Origin: the human T2T-CHM13v2.0 reference genome, Homo sapiens | Strand: one strand, 5' to 3' | Assembly: GCF_009914755.1 (NCBI RefSeq) | Contig: NC_060945.1 | Length of the DNA: 64,000 nt | Part shown: positions 11,751 through 39,506 of the stretch, piece by piece | How positions within the stretch are numbered: the stretch's first letter is position 1 | Layout: each line of letters opens with the position of its first letter | The notes under the pieces: model-generated | Told to the model about the DNA's origin: nothing | Seen by the model: only the letters and a program-made list of their open reading frames with translations | Database searches by the model: none | Program-made: the position numbers and the translations under genes

Positions 11751-13875
11751 GGACTGGGCATGGTGGCTCATGCCTGTATTCCCAGCACTTTAGGAGGCCA
11801 AGTCAGGAGGATCACTTGAGCCCAGGAGTTTGAAATCAGCCGGGGCAATAAAGTTAGACCCCATGATATGGCTTGGCTGTGTCTCCAACCAAATCTCATC
11901 TTGAATTTTAGTTCTCATGATACTCACATATCATGATGGGGACCCAGTGGGAGGTAATTGAATCATGGAGGCAGTTACCCCCATGCTGTTCTCATGATAG
12001 TGACTGAGTTCTCACAAGATCTGATGGTTTTATAAGGAGCTTTTCCCCCTTTGCTTGTGCTTCTCCTTCCTGCCACCTCGTGAAGAAGGTGACTTGCTTC
12101 CCCTTCGCATTCTACCATGCTTGTAAGTTTCCTGAGGCCTCCCCAGCTATGATGAACTGTGATTCAATTAAACCTCTTTCCTTTATAAATTACCCAAGCT
12201 TGGTTATGTCTTTATTAGCAGCATGAGAATGGACTGATGCAGTAAATGGGTACTGAGGTAGTGGGGCATTGCTATAAGGATACCTAAAAATGTGGAAGTG
12301 AATTTGGAACTGGGTAACAGGCAGAGGTTGAACAGTTTTCAGGGTTCAGAAGAAGACAGAAAAATGTTAGGAAGTTTGGAACTTCTTAGAGACTTGCAGA
12401 ATTGTTTTGAGGAAAATGCTGATAGTGACATGGACAATGAAGACCAGGCTGAGGTGGCCTCATATGGCGATGAAGAACTTGTTGGGAACTGGAGTAAAGG
12501 TGACTCTTGCTATGCAAAGAGACTGACGGCATTTTGCCCCTGCCTGAGAAATCTGTGGAACTTTAAATTAGAGAGACATGGTTTAGGGTCTCTGGCAGAA
12601 TAAATTCCTAAGTAGCAAAGTGTTCAAGAGGAAGCAAAGCATAAAAGTTTTAAAAATTTTGCAGCTTGATGATGAGATAGAAAAGGACAACCCATTTTCT
12701 GGAGAGAAATTCAAGCCAGCTGCAGAAATTTGCATAAGTAACGAGGAGCTGAATATTAATCACCAAGACAATGGGAAAATGTCTTCAGGGCATGTCAGAG
12801 ACCTTCACGGCTACTCAAACCATCATAGGCCAGGAGGCCTAGGAGGAAAAAACGGTTTCATGGGCCCGGTGCAGGGACTTGCAGCTCTGTGCAGTCTCAG
12901 GGCTTGGTGCCCTGTGTCCCAATCATGGCTTAAGGGCCAATGTACAGCTCAGGCTATGGCTTCAGAGGGTACAAGCCCCAAGCCTTGGCAGCTTACATGA
13001 GGTGTTGGGCCTGTGGGTGTGCAGAAGTCAAGAATTGAGGTTTGGGAATCTACGCCTAAATTTCAGAGGATGCGTGGAAACGCCTGGGTGTTCAGGCACA
13101 AATTTGTGACGGGGATGGAGCCCTCATGATGGACCTCTGCTAGGGCAGTGAGTGCAGAAGGGAAATGTGGGGTCAGAGCCCCCACACAGTCCCCACTGGG
13201 GCACTGCCTACTGGAGATGAGAGAAGAGGGCCACCATCCTCCAGACACTAGAATGGTAGATACACTGACAGCTTGCACTGTGTTGCCTGGAAAAGCCACA
13301 GACACTCAGCACCAGCCTGTGAAAGCAGTCAGAAGGAGGGCTGTACCCTGCAAATCAACAGGGGTGGAGCTGTCCAAGGCCATGACAGCCCATCTCTTGC
13401 TTGAATGAGCTAAGCCTTTGGCGGACTGTTAGAAAAGCATGATCATGTTTTAAAATGTAAGGACATGAGATTTGGAAGGGGCTGGGGGCTGAATGATATG
13501 GTTTGGCTGTGTCCCCACCCAAATCTCACCTTGAATTTTAGTTTCCATAATCACTACATGTTGTGGGAGGAACCCAGTTGGAGGTAATTGAATCAAGGGG
13601 GTGGTTATCCCCGTGCTGTTCTCATGACAGTGAGCGATACCTGAAAGTTTTATAAGGGGCCTTTCCCCTTTTGCTCAGCACCTCCTGCTGCCTTGTGAAG
13701 AAGGTGCCTTGGTTCTTGTTTGCATTCACCATGATTGTAAGTTTTCTGAAGCCTTCCCAGCCATGCTGAACTGAGTCAATTAAACCTCTTTCTTTTATAA
13801 ATTACCCAGGTTCGTGTATGTCTTTATTGGGAGCATGAGAATGAACCAATTCACTCTGTTTCTATTTAAAAAAAG
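11751..13875 (+). mobile_element. FLAM/AluJ monomer split by the THE1 insertion (11751-11863 and 13854-13875)
   Basis: 'ggaggatcacttgagcccaggagttt...agacccca' resumes as 'ctctgtttctatttaaaaaaa'; TSD agaatttagacttta / agaatttagtcctta. Confidence 0.8.
11864..13853 (+). mobile_element. THE1 (C/D-like) MaLR element: LTR 11864-12241, internal region, LTR 13494-13853
   Basis: Two 'tgatatgg..tggctgtgtc' LTRs ending in '...ca', with THE1-internal sequence between them. Confidence 0.92.
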
Positions 13876-14729
13876 AGAATTTAGTCCTTAAGAAATTTGA
13901 TCTTTCAGGATTTCAACATTCAGGGTTATGGTGTTTGTGACTGGGTCTTCTGGGATTATGATCCTCACCTGGACTAAACAGCCTCGCAGCTCTCTTCAAA
14001 CTATGATCCTATTCTCCCACTGCCTCCTGAGTTCAGCCTCTTTCTTCAACTTGGCTAAGCCTGTCTTTCCTTTCCTATCTGTCTGCTTTCTTACCTCTGA
14101 TTAATCTAAAGTAAAATTTGACTTTTTTTTTTTTCATTCCAACAACTCCATCTTCTATCACATATCTCCTTTCATGAAGTTGGCCCTTGATAATGTTTCT
14201 GTTGACAACAGTATAATATAGACAGGATTGCATATAGTTAAAGTATGTATTTTATTTATTTGGTGGCAGCATTCTGATAAGAAATTAAAGCTATTTCTTT
14301 TAAAATCATAATTTAATCACCAGGCAGAGCAAGTAAAGAGAAATAAGTTCCAGAATCTCACATCTGTCAAAAGTAAATGCTGATTTTTATTGAGGACCTC
14401 CTTATTTCTGCCACCAGTTGACTCTCATACAGCTTGTTCCCAATAGAACATAGAGTGGAATTGGCAAATGGGGTGTCATACATGCAGCGCTCTACTGAAT
14501 CTGATAATTAAGTACCCAGAAATTTTATGAAGTGTTTGTCAAACCATCAGTAGAAATATTTACACAATTGAAATCAGCAAATGCTATTAATCTGGGCTGC
14601 TCCCCACCCAAACAATAGGTTTACTAGCATACAACTTTTATTCATCTTGTAAAGGTTCAGAATTTCTATAAATATTCATAGACTCTCCTATACTCAGTGT
14701 CTCAGAATAACTCGAAGTTCTTACAGTAG

Positions 14730-15600
14730 CCAGTGAGGCTGAGTGTGAGCTGACCCACCCCAGTCCGTCTCTCTGACCTGTCTCCTGTTAGCCTTCTGAC
14801 TCCCAGTGTTCTCTACTTCATGCACATGGGCTAGACACCCTGCTGTTTGCCTGCCTTTTCTTCCTTGAGTGCTCTTCCCCAGATATCTGCATAGCTGGTG
14901 CGCTCACCTCCTTGGAATCCTTGTTCAAATGTTATCTTCTCAGTGAGACCTTCTATATAAGTTTTCTATGACTGCTGGAAGAAATTAGCACAATTCTAGT
15001 AACCTAAGAGAACACACACTCTCTCTAGGGGAGAGAGAACACTTTCTTACCTTCTCCAGCTTTGAAAGGATGCCTGAATCCCTTGGCCCCTGGCCCCCTT
15101 CAAGGCAGCAACCACATCGTCCTGACCCTAGCTGTCACGCTTCTTACCTCAGACTCTCCTGCCTCTCACTTTTGCTTTTAAGTACTCTTGTGATGACATT
15201 GGGCAAACCTGGGTAATCCAGAATAATCTCCTCATCTCATGATCCATAACTTCATCACATCCACAAGTCATTTTTGCCATATAGGGATATGGACATGTAG
15301 AAAGGCCATTCTTCTGCCTATTACTCCCTCCTTGAGCATTCTAACTACCTTCACATCTACCCGCTTCCGGCATTCCTGAGCTCCCTTCCACACTTAATTT
15401 TTCTCTGTGCCACTTATTACCTTCTGGCATATTATATATTTTACATATTTATTTTATTAATGATCTGTCTTTTCTCACTGGAATGTAATTTGCATGACGG
15501 TAAACATTTTTGTTTCATATCATTGACATATTTTCATTATGTTGAACAGTGCCTTGCTCTTAGTAAGGATTCAAGAAATATATATGTTTTGGCTGAATAA
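14730..15600 (+). mobile_element. L2 3' fragment interrupted by MLT1
   Basis: 'gctcttccccagatatctgcatagctgg...ctcagtgagacctt' and the L2 tail '...aacagtgcc...tagtaaggattcaagaaatatat...gctgaataa'. Confidence 0.65.
14955..15323 (-). mobile_element. MLT1C/D-like MaLR LTR
   Basis: 'tcttgtgatgacattggg...gggtaatccagaataatctcctcatctca...taacttcatcacatc...ttttgccatat'. Confidence 0.7.
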
Positions 15601-15803
15601 ATTAGGTTGAGAAGTTTGGGCGAAAATTCTGGCATGATACAGAAGACAGTTCCCAGTGATGGGATAGGGCCATGTGGTGGGGCCTCTACAGGAAGCCGGG
15701 ATGCTCCAGAGGTCCCCCAGGGCAGAGCTGCTTTGCTCACGTTGAACTCTTTTCCCAAGCTCTGATTTCTAATGTTTTCTTTCATATTTGTTTTTGCTCT
15801 GCC

Positions 15804-15943
15804 TTTTTTTAAATTAATTTTTTCATAGAGATGAGGTTTTACTATATTTCTCAGGCTGGTATCAAACCCATGAGCTCAAGCAATCTTCCCACCTCAGCCT
15901 CCCAAAGTGTTATTACTACAGGTGCAAGCCACAACACCCGGCC
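15804..15943 (-). mobile_element. FLAM/AluJ monomer
   Basis: Antisense Alu left arm ending 'cacccggcc'; flanks 'tgtttttgctct' / 'tgcttttgctct'. Confidence 0.85.
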
Positions 15944-16149
15944 TGCTTTTGCTCTTTCTTTGAAATATACTCAAAATGTTTATATTGGTTTCTAACTATA
16001 GATCACGAACTCCTGAAGCAAAGTAACCACTTTGTTCTTCATTATTTCTTTCACTCTTCTACTCTGCACGGTGCCAGATATTGGATATGTAGGTGCCAAA
16101 CATTTGCTTTTCTGATTTCTTACATTTTATTTCTTAAAAATCAGCCTAA

Positions 16150-17623
16150 CCACGTTGTAGAGAGGGATGATTTCCTTCCTTTGTTTTGAAAATTTGTTCA
16201 TGCCCAGTGCTTACATTGTGCAGTTAAATGTTGCTTCAGCTTTTTTTTTTTTCTATTTTTGCCAGACTTTTGAAACTCTTAAAATTTGTTTGTGGTCAGC
16301 ACAGCAAAGAAAAAGCTTTAGCTTTGAAAAAATCTTTAACATGAAAAATGCACTGACATTGTTTTTAATGTAACATAGTCTAGAATTTGCCTATGTTTGC
16401 ACATGCTGAGAATTGTCCCACCCGGTTGATGTGTTCACCTCTTCAGCTTTGATCCTGTTGTGGATTTATTTACAAACATCAATTGCCTTCAAGCCATCCT
16501 TTCTGCTGTATGTTTTGCAGCCTTCTATAGTAGATACACAACAGATAATGTGGAGAGAAAAGACATAAGAGGAGGAAGGTAATGAGAGACTTTGTCAAGG
16601 TTGTGACCTTCTTGGTTTCTTTGAAGAATTTGTTGCCTTTCTACTAAGACAGCAAAGCAGCATTTTGCTACTGACCACCTAAAACCACTTAATCTCAGGT
16701 GAATCCATCACTTGCCAAGCTGTTGGAATGCTATTTGTGTTTTGTTGCACAATTTTTTGGTTGTTTATTTGGTTGGCTTTTTGGAAGGCAAATTTGAAAA
16801 GGGGACCTACACAGAAGTGCTGACCCACCCACATTCCCTTATTATCATCACAGACAAGAAGAAACTAGCAGAGCTAAGAATGGAGTGAAGAAAGGCAGTG
16901 TGATAAGCACCAGCAAAGAGTTGAGGGCTGTTGCTCTCTAAATTATTATTTGATTATTTTAAAAGTATGGAAGTTTTCTAGTCACTGAAGGAAGGAGGGG
17001 AAAGTGCAATTATTTTTATATGGAGTTACTTAACTACCTCCTAAACACATACGTGGCAATTGTTTTTGCTGGTGCAAAGTATTTTAATTAGCAAGAATTC
17101 ATATATTGAGATTATAATTAGAGAACTCAATTTATATATTTGCTATCCTGCTCAAGCCTGACATGGCAAAAAAAAAAAAAAAAAGAAAAGAAAAAAAAGA
17201 AAACCAAGTTCACTCCAAAATATATAGCTTTAAAATAGAAAATACTGGAAGGTTTGCTGTGATAACTATTTTGAACTTTTGTACAAAAAACCTAAAGAAC
17301 AATTTGCTAAACATGAGAAATTGCTCCCTTTGAGTATATACAGGTAAGATAGGAAGAGTGTTCAGACCAGTAAATTATAGTTTATATTGAAGATAATATT
17401 CAGTTGACTCATAACAAATAACCAGCATTCATGATAACATTTCAGCATTTCCAAGGTGCCAAGTGTACTGATTTCTAAAAATATATTTTAGAAGGAATTT
17501 AGAACTGGTGTTTTTAATGAAAACCAGCATCTCTGATGTTGCAACATGTATGTGAAATGGGTGTTACATCTATCCTGCCCTTTAACCCCACCGTTAACAA
17601 AGTGGCTGAAAATAACAATAAGA
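16150..17623 (+). pseudogene. 5'-truncated retrocopy consisting of an mRNA 3'UTR (parent gene not identified)
   Basis: 14-bp TSD aaaaatcagcctaa (16136-16149, within a TT/AAAA site) / aaaaatcagtctaa (17624-17637). Decayed polyA signal 'aacaaa' at 17596-17601, then an A-rich remnant. UTR-like composition, no recognisable TE. Confidence 0.7.
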
Positions 17624-17663
17624 AAAAATCAGTCTAAAGGAGAAAACCCCTAATGCTCTCAAT

Positions 17664-17677
17664 TCTCTCTCTCTCTC

Positions 17678-17718
<41 letters not shown>
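17664..17718. repeat. (CT)n(GT)n compound microsatellite
   Basis: Directly visible. Confidence 0.95.
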
Positions 17719-17720
<2 letters not shown>

Positions 17721-19194
17721 AGGGGCATGGCGGGAGGTGGTCTTAACTCTTGAAAGAAACCTTCTTTGTATAGGAATCATATCATATTTCGGTTTAGGTA
17801 CAATGATAAGAAAGTTTAATTTTATAATCCATAAGACCAGATACCTCCAGAAATGATTTTTCCTGTGGGATTTCTATGACTCGTATTCTGACTAGTGTGA
17901 AATGACAGGTTTGGATGTCTATATCTACACCCATCAAAACCTCAGAGCTTCATGCACTGCTATAACTTTTCTGTCAACTCTGGGTAAATTAGGAGGCAGG
18001 TACAAGGAATAATTTTAACTTCAGATTTTACAGTTTGTTTATGTAAAGGCAGAAACATCTACTCTTTAATGATCTGTATTTTAAGATATTGACTTTTCCT
18101 GGTGCTATTTTATGATTATGGAGAAAATAGAATTCTTGTTAGAAATCTCAACTCCGAATTGAGAATAGATGTTTTGATACTTGTCCTGCTGTGGCCTGAG
18201 ACTTGGAATCATGAATTAAAAAAGACCTTGCTGTTTATCTACAGATTAGAACACACAAACATCAGTGTAACATCCTCATTAGCATTCTGGTAGTTACATT
18301 TACTTATTCCAGAGCAAAATTAATACATGATAAGAAGTGGAATATTTTCTATTGATATCTAGGGTATTATGACAACAACCTTCCTTAGAAAAGAAACAGT
18401 GTGTTATGAGGACAGTGGATGCTACAACATTATTTGCCTTCAAGGCATTGCAAACAACCGGAATCAATTGAATAACCTTCTCAAGCACAAGCCAACAGTG
18501 AAATGAGAGTCATTTATCTGAAACAGCAGGCAAGAGCTTCATTGGTACACTCGGAAGGTGGCTCATTAACCCTGCCGAAGGTTTGCTCCATCTGATCAGG
18601 GCATAAATGTTTCATTGGCCCAATAACCAAGGTCTTAGAGTTTCACAGTGTTTTCTCTCCAATAGCTAATATGGGGAGCATTGCTGACATTCTGCCCATG
18701 GTTGCCAAGGCTGAAATCAAACGTGCTTTGAATAATACTATAAAAATTTTGAAATGAATGTTTGCCGTAGGAACCAATGTTCTACTGTGGGCTCTATACA
18801 AAGCCGCTTAAGGTGGGAGGGAGCAAACTTTTCAAGTTGGTTTTAGGTAACAGAAACAGACGTCTTTATTGTATTTGTCTGGAAAAAAAGTAAGGAAAAT
18901 CCCAACATTATCTGTTCTGGTCAAGAAGTATAAGGCTCAGTCCCGTTTTATTTCTCTCCTTCTCCTTTGGATCCTTTTTCCTTATTCTTGACTCTATACA
19001 TGGAGAAAAAGTTCAAGTGCATCTAAAGCAGTAATGCTGGGAACTTGTCAACTTATTCCCATGATGCTACTGTTGCTTATAAAGCATTTTGAGGATTCTT
19101 GTATTCAGAGCTAGTGATAAGCCGCAAGAGGAAGTCAGTCTTGCTGGTGTACAGCTGCATTTTGGGCTCATGTATAGAAGAGTTAACATGGATT

Positions 19195-19360
19195 TCAGAG
19201 TCTCCCAGGTGTTTGAAATCCAGGCTCTGCTCTCAGGACCTGTGAGGTCTTAGATAAGTTGCTCAATCTCTTTGAGCCTCAGTTTTCTGAGTACAATGGC
19301 ACATAACTCACAGGACTGCGGTGTGGATGAATTGCGATGATGTGTATGAACTCAGCTCAG
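19195..19360 (+). mobile_element. MIR fragment
   Basis: 'gtttgaaatccaggctctgc...tcttagataagttgctcaatctctttgagcctcagtttt'. Confidence 0.7.
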
Positions 19361-19651
19361 GGTCTTCTTTCCTTCCTTCTTTCTTCCCTGCCTCTGAATT
19401 TACACCAAGCTTTACTTCTGAGGTCTGACTCCTGAGAAGCTAGACACACAGTGAAGCTTGATGCTTGCTAGAAACTGAGGGACTAGACTTGAGTGTTAGG
19501 GAACCTGGGAATGACATCTGTCATCCATCCGGGAAGGCCGAGGAGGAAAGCGAGGCAGCGCAGCAGAGCAGGAAGTGGTGCCCATGGAGGCCACTTTTGG
19601 GCTGGAGCCTGCTTAAGGCACTTTAGTGCTGAGTCATTTGGGGCCCAAGGT

Positions 19652-19779
19652 AGGGGCAGATAGGAGAGAAGGAGGGCAGTTATCGCCTAGTCACAGGGGC
19701 AGATAGAAGAGAAGGAGGGCAGTTATCACCTAATCACAGGGGCAGATAGAAGAGAAGGACGGCAGTTATCGCCTAGTCA
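19652..19779. repeat. Minisatellite, 3 x 43 bp
   Basis: 'aggggcagatagaagagaaggagggcagttatcgcctagtcac'-type units start at 19652, 19695 and 19738. Confidence 0.95.
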
Positions 19780-22700
19780 GGAATTTAACAATCTCTATTT
19801 CCTTTCAAACCTCGTTTCATCCCTTCCATCCCAGTCAAATTCACAGGAAATTAAACTTCCTCCTGCATCTCGGAGCAGGCCTCTGCATCATCATTTCTCC
19901 TCTGCAAGTGTATCTTCTTCGGGCACGTGGGAAGGTCTTAGTGAACCTGCGGTATTTAGGGACTGGATCCTCTTTCCTCTTTATTGTCAAAGTTGTGGCT
20001 TGCCGAGGTCAGGGCAGAGTATGATTATGACATGTTAGCAATCGTCACCTCTCATTTTCAAGTAAATATATTTTTATGCAGTTTGAGCTTTCATTCATGT
20101 CATTTATTAATTTGTTCTTTCGTTAACACATTCATTTGTGGAGCATTTGGCCTATAAAAGAGAAGAAACCCTTCCTTAGCATTAAGGTAGGAGATAAAAC
20201 AAAATGTACAGAGACACATGCTTGGTTTTGTACAACTTTGAAAGTTTCTAAAATAAAATAAGGTCTAACTTGGAAAACCAAAACCAATCACTGAGATATT
20301 TTCATAATCTAAAAAGTCAGTTTCAAAAGAACTTCCAAATGTTTTAAAATATGACTATCCTTAAGAATAATGATGTAGCATTCCAAGGTTTTAGTGTTCA
20401 ACCAGCATTTATTACCACCTGCTGGGTGCCTGAGGCAGGACATTTGTAATGAGAGCTATAAACATGAATTGAAAATCCGCTGCCCATAGGTTCACAGTTC
20501 CTGTCAAAGCATAGAGCCCCCTGTAGATAGAGCCCCCTGTATAAGATGTCCTGTGTTCTGGGCGAGAGGATACACTAGGTCTGCAGGTATATCTGGTGGG
20601 CAGAACAAGAAAGGTGTCACTGAGGAGGTGCTATTTGAGTTAGTTGTGAAAAATGTGTACGGGTTTATGAGGCAGATATGAGAGGCACTTTGTTGAAGTT
20701 ACAACTCCTACCAGGCACTCGTTTGAATTTTCTGTTTCATTTGCTCTTTGGAGGTTGCTTGTTGGTACACTTACATCTTCTATGCCAGTCTTAAAAGAGC
20801 GGAGTGTGTGTGTGTCTGTGTTTAGTATTTTTTGCAGAGTTTCTTTGTGTTTCCAAGCTTACATTAGAGATGAAGCTTGTCAGAGTTCTCATAACAAATG
20901 CGTGATTGAACTAAATTGCAACCTGCTGCCTCTGGCGTTGGAGACTTACAGCACCTCAGTGCATTCATGGGGTGTGCTCTACTCTCTACCTTCGTGATTT
21001 ATTTAAAGACCAAATCATAATGAATAACAATTCTTAGGCTTAAACCTATCACAGGGGTAGGAAATAGTTCAAACCTTCTGACATACATGAACAAATGCAA
21101 TCTTCAAAAACTACTGTTTTCTAATCTACATGAATGTACTGAACTCATTGCTACCTTCATTTAAATGTGATGTATCAAAAGTGCTTTGTAAACTGTTAAA
21201 TTCCAATGTTGACATTGTTATAGATACACTTTATTAAATACTGGATAATGTTTTTATAAAGTACAGGGTTTTTAACTGTTAAATTATTCTAAAATATGTA
21301 GAAAAAATTTTGAATAATCTTCCCATTTTGAACACAATGATTGGTTTTAAAATTCCCTTGATTTATATGTTTGTATACTGTGGATTCTCAATTGAGTGAA
21401 TTAGTGTCTTTGCAATATAGTAAGATTTTGATACAGTTTTTAATCTATCCAGGAAAAGGCTAGATAAGTAGGATCTCATTTGTTTCATAGCCCATTATTT
21501 GAAGGATGATTTAAGACCATAGGAAATACTGACTCACCTTTTCTAAAAAGACAACTGCTTTTCTTATTCTTTTAAGTTCAAATTTGTCTTGTCTCCTTTT
21601 GATTAATTAAAACAAGTTATCAAAATCCTTAACAGAAAATATTATTTATTGAATCAGAAGAGAAACAAGAAATACTGTGCTTTCTTTGGCGTGTTTCCTA
21701 TACCCCATTATCATAAGAATTGTTTTTGCTTCTATAATGTTCAGCTTCAAATTCTTTTGCTTTGTCAATCCAAATGAATTACCTGAATTTTCTCCTCTTG
21801 TTCAAAATGGAACCACATTCATCCACTTACCCCCAGCCATAGGACTGTTTCTTTTATTCTGATAGTTTGTGATATCTTTGACTTCACAGCAGAAAGCTGT
21901 GAGTCTCCCAAACCCCTTCACTGAGGTCCCATGGGGACTGCCCTCTAAGGTCTCTTCAGTCTTCTTTCTTTGAATGTTCATGGCCACCTTGTCGTTTAGA
22001 CTCTTATCCCTGACTGTATGAGATCCCTCAGGTCTTCCTGCCTGTGGCCATGCCTAATTTATATCCTTCCTAAAATGTGACGTGATCATGTCACTGCCTT
22101 GCTTAGAAGCCCTGCACTGGCGTCCAACACGTGCAGAATCAAATGCTTGCTGTTTAACATGGTCTACCCAGTCCTCCAGATTCTGGCTTCCAGTTATTTT
22201 CTCAGCCTCAAAAAAACACCTCACTCTCCAAACATATCAAATAGCTTGTGCCCTCCTGCCTCCCATTCACACCTCCATTCCTTCCCCTCTACCTGGATGC
22301 TCCTCCCTTCATCCGCCCCCCCGCTGTAAGTTCCCATGGATTGACTGGTGCTTGAGTGTTTTATTGTACTTTGGACCTCCCGTCTCTCACTCCTGGCTTC
22401 TGTCTGTCTACCTGTCTTGACCGGCCACTTGAATTGCCTCTGGCTTATCTGCCTCATTCTGGTCGACAGTGTTATTTGTTAGCTTCATATCTACTGGTTT
22501 TCTCAATTATTTCTCAGCCTCCCCACACCAGGCTCCTTGCCCCGTATTTATAAGCTGCTATTGGCTTGAGGGTGACTGTGTCTTTCTAATAAAACTATTT
22601 TATAGACTGATAGTTACAAGGGTATAGTAGAACAGAAATGAATCTACCTTTGAGTGTATTTCAACATATCTAGTGATCCATGAATATTTCTTATTATTAT

Positions 22701-22949
22701 CATTATTGTTATTTTTAAATAGACAATCAGGAAGGCAGAGTTTAGGCCACCAATGTAAACTTAGGCTTTCATCTTCATGAAGATATTTGGGATCACTGCA
22801 AGTATTCTGAATTTTAAATGGCATTCAATCATTTGATAAAATAGAAATTTTGTTACTCTGAACTGGGTAGTGTTTCAGCAACTGGCTACTGTGTCATTAT
22901 TTCTATAAATTCAAAATGTAGAAGGAACATTTACCTTTTAACAAGGGAG

Positions 22950-38537
<15,588 letters not shown>

Positions 38538-39068
38538 TGTGGGGAAAAGCAAGAGAGATCAGATTGTTACTGTGTCTGTGTAGAAAGAAGTAGACATAGG
38601 AGACTCCATTTTGTTCTGTACTAAGAAAAATTATTCTGCCTTGAGATTCTGTTAATCTATGACCTTACCCCCAACCCCGTGCTCTCTGAAATATGTGCTG
38701 TGTCAAACTCAGGGTTAAATGGATTAAGTGTTGTGCAAGATGTGCTTTGTTAAACAGTTGCTTGAAGGCAGCATGCTCCTTAAGAGTCATCACTACTCCC
38801 TAATCTCAAGTACCCAGGGACACAAAAACTGCGGAAGGCCGCAGGGACCTCTGCCTAGGAAAGCCAGGTATTGTCCAAGGTATATCCCCATGGGATAGTC
38901 TGAAATATGGCCTTATGGGAAGGGAAAGACCTGACCGTCCCCCAGCCCGACACCCGTAAATGGTCTGTGCTGAGGAGGATTAGTATAAGAGGAAGGCATG
39001 CCTCTTGCAGTTGAGACAAGAGGAAGGCATCTGTCTCCTGCCCGTCCATGGGCAATGGAATGTCTCGG

Positions 39069-39075
39069 TATAAAA
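39069..39075 (+). promoter_or_regulatory. LTR5 TATA-like box (TATAAAA)
   Basis: 'ggtataaaacccgattgtac' at the canonical LTR5 position. Confidence 0.6.
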
Positions 39076-39330
39076 CCCGATTGTACGTCCCATCTACTGA
39101 GATAGGGAAAAACCGCCTTAGGGCTGGAGGTGGGACATGCGGGCAGCAATACTGCTTTGTAAAGCATTGAGATGTTTATGTGTATGCATATCTAAAAGCA
39201 CAGCACTTGATTCTTTACCTTGTCTATGATGCAAAGACCTTTGTTCACGTGTTTGTCTGCTGACCCTATCCCCACTATTGTCTTGTGACCCTGACACATC
39301 ACCCTCTCGGAGAAACACCCACAAATGATC

Positions 39331-39336
39331 AATAAA
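39331..39336 (+). terminator. LTR5 polyadenylation signal AATAAA
   Basis: 'gatcaataaatactaagggaactcagaggc'. Confidence 0.7.
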
Positions 39337-39506
39337 TACTAAGGGAACTCAGAGGCTGACGGGATCCTCCATATGCTGAACGCTGGTTCCCTGGGTCCCC
39401 TTATTTCTTTCTCTATATTTTGTCTCTGTGTCTTTTTCTTTTCCATGTCTCTCATTCCACCTAACAAGAAAAACCCACAGGTGTGGAGGGGCAACCCACC
39501 CCTTCA

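Larger units (their letters stand above)
38538..39506 (+). mobile_element. HERV-K(HML-2) LTR5(_Hs-type) solo LTR of the K111/K105 type
   Basis: 969 bp, 'TGtggggaaaagcaagagagatcag...caacccaccccttCA'; 6-bp TSD GAATTC at 38532-38537 and 39507-39512. Confidence 0.96.

Noticed and set aside
12292-13408. ORFs of 76-126 aa
   Set aside because: They are fragments of the decayed THE1 internal region.
17168-17203. A-tract as the 3' end of the retrocopy
   Set aside because: No TSD follows it. The matching TSD and polyA-signal remnant lie at 17596-17637, so this tract is internal.
21677-21987. Possible exon remnant in unique sequence
   Set aside because: No recognisable protein similarity in any frame; it cannot be supported without a search.
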